A stretch of DNA of 64,000 bases, taken from Escherichia coli (GTDB lineage Bacteria > Pseudomonadota > Gammaproteobacteria > Enterobacterales > Enterobacteriaceae). The position numbers and the translations under genes are program-made. Position 1 is the stretch's first letter. Every line of letters starts with the position of its first letter. The DNA is taken from NCBI RefSeq assembly GCF_003991155.1, contig NZ_CP031293.1; one strand, 5' to 3'. Under the pieces are notes generated by a model. It saw nothing but the letters and a program-made list of their open reading frames with translations, was not told where the DNA came from and did no database searches. Positions 46,434 to 58,317 of this stretch are shown one piece after another.

Positions 46434-47513
46434 ATGTCTAAGATTTTTGATTTCGTAAAACCTGGCGTAATCACTGGTGATGACGTACAGAAAGTTTTCC
46501 AGGTAGCAAAAGAAAACAACTTCGCACTGCCAGCAGTAAACTGCGTCGGTACTGACTCCATCAACGCCGTGCTGGAAACCGCTGCTAAAGTTAAAGCGCC
46601 GGTTATCGTTCAGTTCTCCAACGGTGGTGCTTCCTTTATCGCTGGTAAAGGCGTGAAATCTGACGTTCCGCAGGGTGCTGCTATCCTGGGCGCGATCTCT
46701 GGTGCGCATCACGTTCACCAGATGGCTGAACATTATGGTGTTCCGGTTATCCTGCACACCGACCACTGCGCTAAGAAACTGCTGCCGTGGATCGACGGTC
46801 TGCTGGACGCGGGTGAAAAACACTTCGCAGCTACCGGCAAGCCGCTGTTCTCTTCTCACATGATCGACCTGTCTGAAGAATCTCTGCAAGAGAACATCGA
46901 AATCTGCTCTAAATACCTGGAGCGCATGTCCAAAATCGGCATGACTCTGGAAATCGAACTGGGTTGCACCGGTGGTGAAGAAGACGGCGTGGACAACAGC
47001 CACATGGACGCTTCTGCACTGTACACCCAGCCGGAAGACGTTGATTATGCGTATACCGAGCTGAGCAAAATCAGCCCGCGTTTCACCATCGCTGCGTCCT
47101 TCGGTAACGTACACGGTGTTTACAAGCCGGGTAACGTTGTTCTGACTCCGACCATCCTGCGCGACTCTCAGGAATATGTTTCTAAGAAACACAACCTGCC
47201 GCACAACAGCCTGAACTTCGTATTCCACGGTGGTTCCGGTTCTACTGCTCAGGAAATCAAAGACTCCGTAAGCTACGGCGTAGTGAAAATGAACATCGAT
47301 ACCGATACCCAATGGGCAACCTGGGAAGGTGTTCTGAACTACTACAAAGAAAACGAAGCTTACCTGCAAGGCCAGCTGGGCAACCCGAAAGGCGAAGATC
47401 AGCCGAACAAGAAATACTACGATCCGCGCGTATGGCTGCGTGCCGGTCAGACTTCGATGATCGCTCGTCTGGAAAAAGCATTCCAGGAACTGAACGCGAT
47501 CGACGTTCTGTAA
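46434..47513 (+). CDS. fbaA: Fructose-bisphosphate aldolase class II
   Basis: 359 aa from 'MSKIFDFVKPGVITGDDVQKVFQVAKENNFALPAVNCVG'. Confidence 0.97.
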   Translation: MSKIFDFVKPGVITGDDVQKVFQVAKENNFALPAVNCVGTDSINAVLETAAKVKAPVIVQFSNGGASFIAGKGVKSDVPQGAAILGAISGAHHVHQMAEHYGVPVILHTDHCAKKLLPWIDGLLDAGEKHFAATGKPLFSSHMIDLSEESLQENIEICSKYLERMSKIGMTLEIELGCTGGEEDGVDNSHMDASALYTQPEDVDYAYTELSKISPRFTIAASFGNVHGVYKPGNVVLTPTILRDSQEYVSKKHNLPHNSLNFVFHGGSGSTAQEIKDSVSYGVVKMNIDTDTQWATWEGVLNYYKENEAYLQGQLGNPKGEDQPNKKYYDPRVWLRAGQTSMIARLEKAFQELNAIDVL

Positions 47514-47536
47514 GATATTCCTTTCTGCTTATCTCA

Positions 47537-47562
47537 AGGCCCGCTCTGCGGGTCTTTTTTTC
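47537..47562 (+). terminator. Intrinsic terminator after fbaA
   Basis: 'aggcccgctctgcgggtctttttttc'. Confidence 0.65.
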
Positions 47563-47703
47563 GCCAAAAGCAAGGTGATACAGATGAGAAATCTGTGATC
47601 TATTTGGCAAAATTATGCTTTATTGTTTACCCTTGTCAGACTGCCCGTCATAAGGCGGCGGAGTGTATTTCTCCATTTTGAGTCAGTTGAAAAGGAATAT
47701 TGA

Positions 47704-48564
<861 letters not shown>

Positions 48565-48702
48565 TCAACGCTGAGGCCAGATAATACTCTCTGGCCTCTC
48601 TCTTATTAGTTTTTCTGATTGCCAATTAATATTATCAATTTCCGCTAATAACAATCCCGCGATATAGTCTCTGCATCAGATACTTAATTCGGAATATCCA
48701 AC

Positions 48703-49338
48703 GTGTTTTCTTATTACTTTCAAGGTCTTGCACTTGGCGCAGCTATGATCCTACCGCTCGGTCCACAAAATGCTTTTGTGATGAATCAGGGCATTCGTCG
48801 TCAGTACCACATTATGATTGCCTTACTTTGTGCTATCAGCGATTTGGTCCTGATTTGTGCGGGGATTTTTGGTGGCAGCGCGTTATTGATGCAGTCGCCG
48901 TGGTTGCTGGCGCTGGTCACCTGGGGCGGCGTAGCCTTCTTGCTGTGGTATGGTTTTGGCGCTTTTAAAACAGCAATGAGCAGTAACATTGAGTTAGCCA
49001 GTGCCGAAGTCCTGAAACAAGGCAGATGGAAAATTATCGCCACCATGTTGGCAGTGACCTGGCTGAATCCGCATGTTTACCTGGATACTTTTGTTGTGCT
49101 GGGCAGCCCTGGCGGGCAACTTGATGTGGAACCAAAACGTTGGTTTGCGCTCGGAACAATTAGCGCCTCTTTCCTGTGGTTCTTTGGTCTGGCTATTCTC
49201 GCAGCCTGGCTGGCACCGCGCCTGCGCACGGCAAAATCACAGCGCATTATCAATCTGGTAGTGGGATGTGTTATGTGGTTTATTGCCTTGCAGCTGGCGA
49301 GAGACGGTATTGCTCATGCACAAGCCTTGTTCAGTTAG
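48703..49338 (+). CDS. argO: Arginine exporter (LysE family)
   Basis: 211 aa from a GTG start '[34 protein letters not shown]'. Confidence 0.93.
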   Translation: MFSYYFQGLALGAAMILPLGPQNAFVMNQGIRRQYHIMIALLCAISDLVLICAGIFGGSALLMQSPWLLALVTWGGVAFLLWYGFGAFKTAMSSNIELASAEVLKQGRWKIIATMLAVTWLNPHVYLDTFVVLGSPGGQLDVEPKRWFALGTISASFLWFFGLAILAAWLAPRLRTAKSQRIINLVVGCVMWFIALQLARDGIAHAQALFS

Positions 49339-49430
49339 GCGCTATCTGATGGAAAAATAAAACAGAGGCGCTAAGCTTGCCTCCAGAGGTCCTGAATTTT
49401 GGGCAAGTCAATTAACACGGAGAGACTAAC

Positions 49431-50171
49431 GTGAAGTTCAAAGTTATCGCCCTGGCGGCATTAATGGGTATTAGCGGGATGGCAGCGCAGGCTAACGAAT
49501 TGCCGGATGGACCGCATATTGTCACCTCCGGTACGGCAAGCGTGGATGCGGTGCCAGACATTGCCACTCTTGCGATTGAAGTTAACGTGGCCGCGAAGGA
49601 TGCCGCTACTGCCAAGAAACAGGCAGATGAGCGCGTCGCACAATACATTTCCTTCCTTGAGCTCAATCAGATCGCGAAAAAAGATATCAGCTCAGCGAAC
49701 TTACGCACTCAGCCAGATTATGATTATCAGGATGGTAAAAGTATCCTGAAAGGCTACCGCGCAGTGAGAACGGTGGAAGTCACGCTCCGTCAGTTAGACA
49801 AACTGAATTCCTTGCTGGACGGCGCGCTAAAGGCGGGTCTTAACGAAATTCGTTCTGTGTCGCTGGGCGTGGCGCAGCCGGATGCCTATAAAGACAAAGC
49901 GCGTAAGGCAGCGATTGATAACGCGATTCATCAGGCGCAGGAACTGGCGAATGGCTTTAATCGCAAACTCGGGCCGGTATATAGCGTGCGTTATCATGTT
50001 TCCAACTATCAGCCCAGCCCAATGGTGCGGATGATGAAAGCTGATGCTGCACCGGTGTCCGCACAGGAAACTTACGAGCAGGCCGCTATTCAGTTTGATG
50101 ATCAGGTCGATGTAGTCTTCCAGTTAGAACCTGTGGATCAACCCCCCGCTAAAACACCTGCTGCACATTAA
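49431..50171 (+). CDS. yggE: DUF541/SIMPL-family periplasmic protein YggE
   Basis: 246 aa with signal peptide 'MKFKVIALAALMGISGMAAQA' (GTG start). Confidence 0.88.
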   Translation: MKFKVIALAALMGISGMAAQANELPDGPHIVTSGTASVDAVPDIATLAIEVNVAAKDAATAKKQADERVAQYISFLELNQIAKKDISSANLRTQPDYDYQDGKSILKGYRAVRTVEVTLRQLDKLNSLLDGALKAGLNEIRSVSLGVAQPDAYKDKARKAAIDNAIHQAQELANGFNRKLGPVYSVRYHVSNYQPSPMVRMMKADAAPVSAQETYEQAAIQFDDQVDVVFQLEPVDQPPAKTPAAH

Positions 50172-50328
50172 TACTTGTAGCCCGACGTATTCGTCGGGCT
50201 AATGTCTTTACCCGATATTGTCTCCTTTTTCTGTAAAACCATGACGTAATCACCTATCTTTGCTCGCGGTTTCATCAAGGATAGGCTGACTGAAACGGTT
50301 AAGCGGACAAGGATGCGGGAGAGGGGGG

Positions 50329-51219
50329 ATGGACATTTTTATTTCGAAAAAGATGCGCAATTTCATTTTATTAGCGCAAACCAATAATATTGCCCGGGCG
50401 GCAGAAAAAATCCATATGACGGCTTCGCGATTTGGCAAAAGCATTGCCGCGCTGGAAGAACAAATTGGCTATACGCTATTTACCCGCAAAGATAATAATA
50501 TCAGCCTCAATAAAGCCGGACAGGAACTGTATCAAAAACTGTTCCCGGTTTATCAACGACTTTCTGCGATTGATAATGAAATCCATAACTCAGGACGTCG
50601 TTCACGAGAAATTGTGATAGGCATAGATAATACTTATCCGACCATTATTTTTGATCAGTTGATTAGTCTCGGAGATAAGTACGAAGGCGTGACCGCCCAG
50701 CCAGTTGAGTTCAGCGAAAATGGCGTTATCGATAATCTTTTTGACCGTCAGTTAGATTTTAATATCTCCCCACAGCATGTATCTGCACGAGTTCAGGAAC
50801 TGGAAAACCTGACTATCAGTGAACTACCGCCGCTGCGATTGGGCTTTCTCGTTTCTCGCCGTTATGAAGAGCGACAAGAGCTGCTTCAGGAGCTGCCCTG
50901 GCTACAAATGCGCTTTCAGAATCGGGCCAATTTCGAAGCAATGATTGATGCGAATATGCGTCCTTGTGGGATCAATCCCACCATTATTTATCGTCCCTAC
51001 AGTTTTATGGCCAAAATCAGCGCCGTGGAGCGGGAACATTTTCTGACGGTGATCCCGCATTTTGCCTGGCGACTGGTGAATCCGGCAACGCTGAAATATT
51101 TTGATGCGCTGCACAGACCGATGTATATGCAGGAATATCTTTATTCAATCAGAAATCATCGTTATACCGCCACGATGCTTCAGCATATTGCTGAAGATCG
51201 TGACGGGACAAACCATTAA
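50329..51219 (+). CDS. ygfI: LysR-family transcriptional regulator
   Basis: 296 aa; N-terminal wHTH '[32 protein letters not shown]'. Confidence 0.8.
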   Translation: MDIFISKKMRNFILLAQTNNIARAAEKIHMTASRFGKSIAALEEQIGYTLFTRKDNNISLNKAGQELYQKLFPVYQRLSAIDNEIHNSGRRSREIVIGIDNTYPTIIFDQLISLGDKYEGVTAQPVEFSENGVIDNLFDRQLDFNISPQHVSARVQELENLTISELPPLRLGFLVSRRYEERQELLQELPWLQMRFQNRANFEAMIDANMRPCGINPTIIYRPYSFMAKISAVEREHFLTVIPHFAWRLVNPATLKYFDALHRPMYMQEYLYSIRNHRYTATMLQHIAEDRDGTNH

Positions 51220-52310
51220 CCCAGCATCGATCCGGTTGCAATTAAATTACGGTGTAAGTCGAAGACGTGGCTAAGATCGTGGTGAATATGTCCGCCGGAC
51301 GCATTTTCCAGATAGCGATGCAGATAATCCCGACACATAGGATGTGCACAATGATCAATGGTGGTGCGGATAACGTTGTTATACGGATCCTGTGCGCCAA
51401 ATCCACTGACCGCTTCGCTCCATAAATAACGTGCCGCACGCAACATGGCGGCGTTCATAAACAGATCCATGCCAATGCCGAAGAAAAACGACAGGCGAGG
51501 GACGAAGCCATCAATTTTCAGCCCGGCGGAGATTGCTGCTTTGATGTACTCAATCCTATCGGCGAGCGTAAATGCTACCTGCTGCACGCAGTTGGCACCC
51601 GCTTCACCCATGTGGTAACTGCTGATACTGATGGTATTAAATCGCGGCATGTTGCCGGAACACCAGGCGATGATGTCTGCGATAATACGCATTGACGGTT
51701 TTGGCGGGTAAATATAGGTATTGCGGCAGAGGTACTCTTTGAGGATATCGTTCTGAATGGTGCCGGTCAGTTTATCGGATGTAACACCTTGCTCTTCTGC
51801 GGCGACGATATAAAACGCCAGTACTGGTAGCACTGCGCCATTCATGGTCATAGAAACCGACATTTTATCCAGCGGGATCTGGTCGAACAGGACTTTCATA
51901 TCTTCCACGGTGTCGATAGCGACGCCCGCTTTGCCGACGTCGCCCGCCACGCGTGGGTTATCGGAGTCGTAGCCTCGGTGGGCGGCAAGGTCAAACGCAA
52001 CGGAAAGACCTTTTTGCCCGGCGGCCAGGTTACGGCGATAAAAAGCGTTGGACTCTTTTGCTGTCGAGAAACCAGCATACTGACGGATGGTCCACGGTTG
52101 GGTGGTATACATAGTGGCACGCGGGCCACGAACGTAGGGTGGCAAACCAGGAAGAGTACCCGTCACCTCCAGATTATCGAGATCGGCTTCGGTATACAGC
52201 GGCTTGATAGCGATCCCTTCCGCGGTTTGCTGAACCAGCGAGTCGACAGTTTTCTCCCGACGGCTCAATTCATTGTTGGCAAGCTGTTGCCACACCAGCA
52301 CGTTAGACAT
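51216..52310 (-). pseudogene. scpA: Methylmalonyl-CoA mutase (ScpA/Sbm) 5' fragment fused to a short non-mutase tail; remnant of a deleted scpA-argK-scpB-scpC operon
   Basis: From '[44 protein letters not shown]...' through '...[11 protein letters not shown]' the ORF follows the MCM N-terminal barrel; it then switches to '...[46 protein letters not shown]' and stops 3 bp inside the convergent ygfI stop. Only about 320 of roughly 714 mutase codons are present, and no argK/scpB/scpC ORFs exist. Confidence 0.75.
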
Positions 52311-52512
52311 TATTTGCTCCGTAAAACGCAATCAAAGTGAGGGTATTTGCGCTTACGGTGAGCTTTTTACGTGGGTTTGTCGCCAGCAAAAAAATGCATT
52401 CAGACGTCGTTTTTTGCCGCCTGAGATTTGTCTATTTTGTAATGTGATTCAAGGAATACAAAAAGAAGTGAGGATAACGCCTGATATGTGCTATCAGGCA
52501 TTATTTGATGGA

Positions 52513-53406
52513 TTAATCCTGACGAAGAACTTTGTGACCATAATCGAGCAACGCATCAGTGACTTTACGCATCATGCGGCTTTCAGGAGCAAAGCGGTGC
52601 CAGTAGAGCATCCGGCGTTGGAATAGCCCTGGCGTTAAGTCAATCAGTTCGCCGCTGGCCAGCTCTTTCTCGATTTGCAGGTGCGGGATCATACAGCAGG
52701 TGGTGCCCTGACGAGCAAGTTGCACGAACGCTTCCGAAGAATTAACGATATGGCAGGGTACGCTGCCAGGAGGCAGATCGAAATTTTGCTGCAAAAAGGC
52801 CTGGTGCATATCGTCAAGATGGTCAAACGCGACCACTGGCGCTTTCAGTAATGCCGAACGCGTTACGCCGTTAGGGAAATATTTTTCGGCAAAAGGTTTT
52901 GAGCTGACGAACAGATAGTCGAGCGCACCGAGTTTATCGACAAGACAACTCGGCAGCGCCTGATGTTGAATACTCACTGCGCCGACCACTTCGCCGCGAC
53001 GCAGACGTTCCTGAGTGCGGGTTTCATCTTCTACCTGCAAGTTGAGGCGGATGGGCGAATCAGCCAACACAGGAGCCAGTGCCGGAAGCAACCACGTCGC
53101 CAGACTGTCGGCGTTGACCGCCAGTGAAAGCAGCAGCGGAGTCGAACCGGTTTGTTCATCGCCCAGCCACTCTTCTTCCAGCAGCTCCACCTGGCGTAGT
53201 AGCGCCAACAGTTTTTGCCCTTGTTCCGTCGGGCGCGGCGGTACGGTACGCACTAACAACGGCTGCCCGAACATATTTTCCAGTTGCTTAATGCGCTGTG
53301 AGACGGCTGATTGTGTAATGCACAGCTTTTGTGCCGCGCGCTCAAATCCTCGTTCACGTATCACCGCATCCAGTGCCTGTAATGTTCTGTAGTCCGGGCG
53401 TTTCAT
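52513..53406 (-). CDS. argP: LysR-family regulator ArgP (IciA)
   Basis: 297 aa from '[43 protein letters not shown]'. Confidence 0.95.
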
Positions 53407-53498
53407 TGCTGTTGTCTGCTCCTGGTAAATGCTTTTTCCTGCACTATGACACAATTTTGTGTCGGGTTGCATATACCGAAGCCGTTGGTGGGTAACAT

Positions 53499-53777
53499 TT
53501 GTATCAGTGGTTAACGCGCAGCTTAAAAGATCAGGGATTTGCGCTAATGCATTTCGCTCAGCGAGTTCGCGCCCTGGTTGTGTTGAATGGCGTGGCGTTA
53601 TTGCCTCAGTTTGCCTGTAAACAGGGGCTTGCGAACGGGGAACTGGTGCGCCTGTTTGCACCGTGGAGCGGCATACCCAGACCGTTGTATGCTTTACTTG
53701 CGGGGCGAAAGGGGATGCCCGCCATTGCGCGATATTTTATGGATGAGTTAACCACGCGGCTTGCCAACGGGGTCTGA
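53499..53777 (+). pseudogene. yqfE: LysR-family regulator C-terminal fragment (yqfE-like pseudogene)
   Basis: 92-codon ORF resembling only the C-terminal effector domain of a LysR regulator; no HTH; K-12 carries a pseudogene at this position. Confidence 0.4.
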
Positions 53778-53832
53778 ATCGCTTTTTTTGTATATAATGC
53801 GTGTGAAATTTCATACCACAGGCGAAACGATC

Positions 53833-54492
53833 ATGACGCAGGATGAATTGAAAAAAGCAGTAGGATGGGCGGCACTTCAGTATGTTCAGCTCGGCACCAT
53901 TGTTGGTGTAGGTACAGGTTCCACCGCCGCACACTTTATTGACGCACTCGGTACAATGAAAGGCCAGATTGAAGGGGCCGTTTCCAGTTCAGATGCTTCC
54001 ACTGAAAAACTGAAAAGCCTCGGCATTCACGTTTTTGATCTCAACGAAGTCGACAGCCTTGGCATCTACGTTGATGGCGCAGATGAAATCAACGGCCACA
54101 TGCAAATGATCAAAGGCGGCGGCGCGGCGCTGACCCGTGAAAAAATCATTGCTTCGGTTGCGGAAAAATTTATCTGTATTGCAGACGCTTCCAAGCAGGT
54201 TGATATTCTGGGCAAATTCCCGCTGCCAGTAGAAGTTATCCCGATGGCACGTAGTGCAGTGGCGCGCCAGCTGGTGAAACTGGGCGGTCGTCCGGAATAC
54301 CGTCAGGGCGTAGTGACCGATAACGGCAACGTGATCCTCGACGTCCACGGCATGGAAATCCTTGACCCGATAGCGATGGAAAACGCCATAAATGCGATTC
54401 CTGGCGTGGTGACTGTTGGTTTGTTTGCTAACCGTGGCGCGGACGTTGCGCTGATTGGCACACCTGACGGTGTCAAAACTATTGTGAAATGA
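53833..54492 (+). CDS. rpiA: Ribose-5-phosphate isomerase A
   Basis: 219 aa from '[39 protein letters not shown]'; a 'tatataat' -10-like element lies about 35 bp upstream. Confidence 0.96.
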   Translation: MTQDELKKAVGWAALQYVQLGTIVGVGTGSTAAHFIDALGTMKGQIEGAVSSSDASTEKLKSLGIHVFDLNEVDSLGIYVDGADEINGHMQMIKGGGAALTREKIIASVAEKFICIADASKQVDILGKFPLPVEVIPMARSAVARQLVKLGGRPEYRQGVVTDNGNVILDVHGMEILDPIAMENAINAIPGVVTVGLFANRGADVALIGTPDGVKTIVK

Positions 54493-54747
54493 TCTGACGG
54501 GGGAACCTCCCCCGTTAAAAAAATTCTCTTCATTAAATTTGGTGACATGTGTCACGTTTTTACCTGGCAATTGTCGATTGCTCTAAATAAATCCTCTAAA
54601 CCAGCATATTCATCCAAGAAATACTTTTGCGTGATATTTCCTCAACATAGCGACGCAAACGTTCATATTGCCGCAATATTATTTTTTGATATGTTGAAAG
54701 GCGGATGCAAATCCGCACACAACATTTCAAAAGACAGGATTGGGTAA

Positions 54748-55980
54748 ATGGCAAAGGTATCGCTGGAGAAAGACAAGATTAAGTTTCTGCTGGTAGAAGG
54801 CGTGCACCAAAAGGCGCTGGAAAGCCTTCGTGCAGCTGGTTACACCAACATCGAATTTCACAAAGGCGCGCTGGATGATGAACAATTAAAAGAATCCATC
54901 CGCGATGCCCACTTCATCGGCCTGCGATCCCGTACCCATCTGACTGAAGACGTGATCAACGCCGCAGAAAAACTGGTCGCTATTGGCTGTTTCTGTATAG
55001 GAACAAACCAGGTTGATCTGGATGCGGCGGCAAAGCGCGGGATCCCGGTATTTAACGCACCGTTCTCAAATACGCGCTCTGTTGCGGAGCTGGTGATTGG
55101 CGAACTGCTGCTGCTATTGCGCGGCGTGCCGGAAGCCAATGCTAAAGCGCATCGTGGCGTGTGGAACAAACTGGCGGCGGGTTCTTTTGAAGCGCGCGGC
55201 AAAAAGCTGGGTATCATCGGCTACGGTCATATTGGTACGCAATTGGGCATTCTGGCTGAATCGCTGGGAATGTATGTTTACTTTTATGATATTGAAAACA
55301 AACTGCCGCTGGGCAACGCCACTCAGGTACAGCATCTTTCTGACCTGCTGAATATGAGCGATGTGGTGAGTCTGCATGTACCAGAGAATCCGTCCACCAA
55401 AAATATGATGGGCGCGAAAGAGATTTCGCTAATGAAACCCGGCTCGCTGCTGATTAATGCTTCGCGCGGTACTGTGGTGGATATTCCAGCGCTGTGTGAC
55501 GCGCTGGCGAGCAAACATCTGGCAGGGGCGGCAATCGACGTATTCCCGACGGAACCGGCGACCAATAGCGATCCATTTACCTCTCCGCTGTGTGAATTCG
55601 ACAATGTCCTTCTGACGCCACACATTGGTGGTTCGACTCAGGAAGCGCAGGAGAATATCGGTCTGGAAGTTGCGGGTAAATTGATCAAGTATTCTGATAA
55701 TGGTTCAACGCTCTCTGCGGTGAACTTCCCGGAAGTCTCGCTGCCACTGCACGGTGGTCGTCGTCTGATGCACATCCACGAAAACCGTCCGGGTGTGCTG
55801 ACTGCGCTCAACAAAATTTTTGCCGAGCAGGGCGTCAACATCGCCGCGCAATATCTGCAAACTTCCGCCCAGATGGGTTATGTAGTTATTGATATTGAAG
55901 CCGACGAAGACGTTGCCGAAAAAGCGCTGCAGGCAATGAAAGCTATTCCGGGTACCATTCGCGCCCGTCTGCTGTACTAA
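54748..55980 (+). CDS. serA: D-3-phosphoglycerate dehydrogenase
   Basis: 410 aa 'MAKVSLEKDKIKFLLVEGVHQKALESLRAAGYTNIEFHKGALDDEQL'. Confidence 0.97.
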   Translation: MAKVSLEKDKIKFLLVEGVHQKALESLRAAGYTNIEFHKGALDDEQLKESIRDAHFIGLRSRTHLTEDVINAAEKLVAIGCFCIGTNQVDLDAAAKRGIPVFNAPFSNTRSVAELVIGELLLLLRGVPEANAKAHRGVWNKLAAGSFEARGKKLGIIGYGHIGTQLGILAESLGMYVYFYDIENKLPLGNATQVQHLSDLLNMSDVVSLHVPENPSTKNMMGAKEISLMKPGSLLINASRGTVVDIPALCDALASKHLAGAAIDVFPTEPATNSDPFTSPLCEFDNVLLTPHIGGSTQEAQENIGLEVAGKLIKYSDNGSTLSAVNFPEVSLPLHGGRRLMHIHENRPGVLTALNKIFAEQGVNIAAQYLQTSAQMGYVVIDIEADEDVAEKALQAMKAIPGTIRARLLY

Positions 55981-56000
55981 ATCCCCTTCTCTGAAAATCA

Positions 56001-56032
56001 ACGGGCAGGTCACTGACTTGCCCGTTTTTTTA
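56001..56032 (+). terminator. Intrinsic terminator after serA
   Basis: 'acgggcaggtcactgacttgcccgttttttta'. Confidence 0.65.
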
Positions 56033-56174
56033 TCCCTTCTCCACACCGTTGCCGCATTGCGCATTCTACTTTGCGAGTCTGCTCCAGAAAATAAATCAAA
56101 GTCAGATCAATGCGTTGTGTTTATTTAATGGGGATTTACGATGGCAGGGCAGCATGGGGCTGTAACGGTAAAGC

Positions 56175-56320
56175 CCTCACCGAAGCGAGGGCTTGAAGGA
56201 GAAGGGTTATGATGCGACTTGTCATCATACTGATTGTACTGTTACTCATAAGTTTCCCAGCTTATTAACAGTCAGTCTCAGGGGAGGAGTCATCCTCCCT
56301 TACCCTTACTCACTAAATTA
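56175..56320 (-). ncRNA. sibC: SibC antisense RNA (antitoxin of ibsC); approximate boundaries
   Basis: Inferred from the ibsC toxin ORF on the opposite strand and the flanking hairpins 'aagccctcaccgaagcgagggctt' and 'gggaggagtcatcctccc'; ends not determined. Confidence 0.4.
56209..56268 (+). CDS. ibsC: Type I toxin IbsC (19-aa hydrophobic peptide)
   Basis: Manual translation after SD 'aggaga': MMRLVIILIVLLLISFPAY*; lies in the serA-fau intergenic region where the K-12 ibsC/sibC locus sits. Confidence 0.75.
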   Translation: MMRLVIILIVLLLISFPAY

Positions 56321-56368
56321 GGTTAAAGAATCAACGATGTCAATCAGGGCGATGCAGGTGTGTCGCCC

Positions 56369-56917
56369 TCACCACTCCCAGACTTTCGACGGTGTAACCA
56401 CCGCAGGAAGAGGGATATCCCACTCTTCAACGGGGAGTTTTTCCACCAACTGACAATCATGCGCATAACCCACCGGTTGCATTTTATAGTGCTGCCAGTT
56501 TTGTAAGGTCCGATCATAAAAACCACCGCCCATTCCCAGGCGCTGACCGTACTCATCAAAGGCGACCAGCGGTGTGATCAACACGTCTAATCGGGAAAGG
56601 GGTAGCACGTCACGCACATCCAGTTTTGGCTCATGGATCTTCAACCTGTTCATCACCAGTTCGCTTTGCGGATGGTAGTTCAGGAACAGCAAATTACCGG
56701 CACTAAAGGGATGCAAAACTGGAAGATATACGCGCTTACCGGCGCGCCAGAGTTGTTCTATGAGTGGCTGGGTGTCGAGTTCGCCATCAAAAGAGAGGAA
56801 TACAGCGACCATATGTGCCATCACCACCGGAGGATAAGTCATCATCCGGGTAGCGGCTTGTTGACCCATTTCCTGCTGTTGTTCCGGCGTTAACGCACGA
56901 CGACGTTGCCGAATCAT
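56369..56917 (-). CDS. fau: 5-formyltetrahydrofolate cyclo-ligase
   Basis: 182 aa from 'MIRQRRRALTPEQQQEMGQQAATRMMTYPP'; directly downstream of ssrS on the same strand. Confidence 0.9.
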   Translation of the reverse strand: MIRQRRRALTPEQQQEMGQQAATRMMTYPPVVMAHMVAVFLSFDGELDTQPLIEQLWRAGKRVYLPVLHPFSAGNLLFLNYHPQSELVMNRLKIHEPKLDVRDVLPLSRLDVLITPLVAFDEYGQRLGMGGGFYDRTLQNWQHYKMQPVGYAHDCQLVEKLPVEEWDIPLPAVVTPSKVWEW

Positions 56918-56989
56918 TTTGCGGATTTCTTGTCGGGATAATGTCAGTGGAAGTTCTGGTAGTTGCGTCATGGCTGGTGCCAGATAAGA

Positions 56990-57175
56990 AGGGAATCTCC
57001 GAGATGCCGCCGCAGGCTGTAACCCTTGAACCCTTGGTTCAAGGTGAATGTGTCGTCGCAGTTTTAAGGCTTCTCGGACGGACCGAGCATGCTCACCAAC
57101 CGCGGAGCGCCACATTCTTGTGGTATGAAATATCGGCTCAGGGGACTGGCCCGCTTGCGAACATCTCAGAGAAAT
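56990..57175 (-). ncRNA. ssrS: 6S RNA
   Basis: Minus strand reads ATTTCTCTGAGATGTTCGCAAGCGGGCCAGTCCCCTGAGCCGATATTTCATACCACAAGAATGTGGCGCTCCGCGG...GGCGGCATCTCGGAGATTCCCT, the canonical 6S RNA. Confidence 0.93.
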
Positions 57176-57228
57176 TTTGTCTTCACGGTTACTCTACCAC
57201 AGTAAACCGAAAAGTGTCATTCAAAGTT

Positions 57229-57612
<384 letters not shown>

Positions 57613-57713
57613 CTATAGCTACCCTGATGAGAAGAGACAAGCCCTTTTCTGGTCCACCAGGGCCCAAAGTGGTAGCATATCATGAATATTCCTCCCTTTG
57701 ACGACGAATGCTT

Positions 57714-58292
57714 ATGTCTATACAGAACGAAATGCCTGGTTACAACGAAATGAACCAGTATCTGAACCAACAAGGGACGGGTCTGACCCCTGCTGAGATG
57801 CATGGTTTAATCAGTGGGATGATATGTGGCGGTAACGATGACAGCTCATGGCTGCCGCTACTTCACGACCTGACGAACGAAGGCATGGCTTTCGGTCATG
57901 AGCTGGCACAGGCACTGCGCAAAATGCACTCTGCCACCAGCGATGCCCTGCAGGATGACGGCTTCCTTTTTCAGCTTTATCTGCCTGATGGCGATGATGT
58001 CAGCGTTTTCGATCGGGCTGATGCGCTGGCTGGTTGGGTCAATCACTTCCTGCTTGGTATTGGCGTTACGCAACCGAAGCTGGACAAAGTGACCGGCGAA
58101 ACCGGTGAAGCCATCGACGATCTGCGTAACATCGCGCAGTTGGGTTACGACGAAGACGAAGATCAGGAAGAGCTTGAAATGTCGCTTGAAGAGATCATCG
58201 AGTACGTCCGTGTTGCCGCGCTGTTATGCCACGACACCTTTACTCATCCGCAACCGACCGCGCCAGAAGTACAAAAACCGACTCTACACTAA
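57714..58292 (+). CDS. ygfB: UPF0149 protein YgfB
   Basis: From '[40 protein letters not shown]'. Confidence 0.88.
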   Translation: MSIQNEMPGYNEMNQYLNQQGTGLTPAEMHGLISGMICGGNDDSSWLPLLHDLTNEGMAFGHELAQALRKMHSATSDALQDDGFLFQLYLPDGDDVSVFDRADALAGWVNHFLLGIGVTQPKLDKVTGETGEAIDDLRNIAQLGYDEDEDQEELEMSLEEIIEYVRVAALLCHDTFTHPQPTAPEVQKPTLH

Positions 58293-58317
58293 AAACAAAA
58301 AACGTAAGGAGAGTGTT

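Noticed and set aside
56918-57115. fau ORF extended upstream to 248 aa across the 6S RNA gene
   Set aside because: The extension overlaps ssrS and reflects absence of an in-frame stop, not coding sequence; fau starts at the internal ATG (MIRQRRRALTPEQ...).
58105-58317. ORF track extends pepP 71 codons upstream (512 aa), overlapping ygfB
   Set aside because: The extension is Lys/Arg-rich junk in the ygfB coding region. The genuine start is the ATG at 58318 (MSDISRQEF...), preceded by SD 'aaggagag'.
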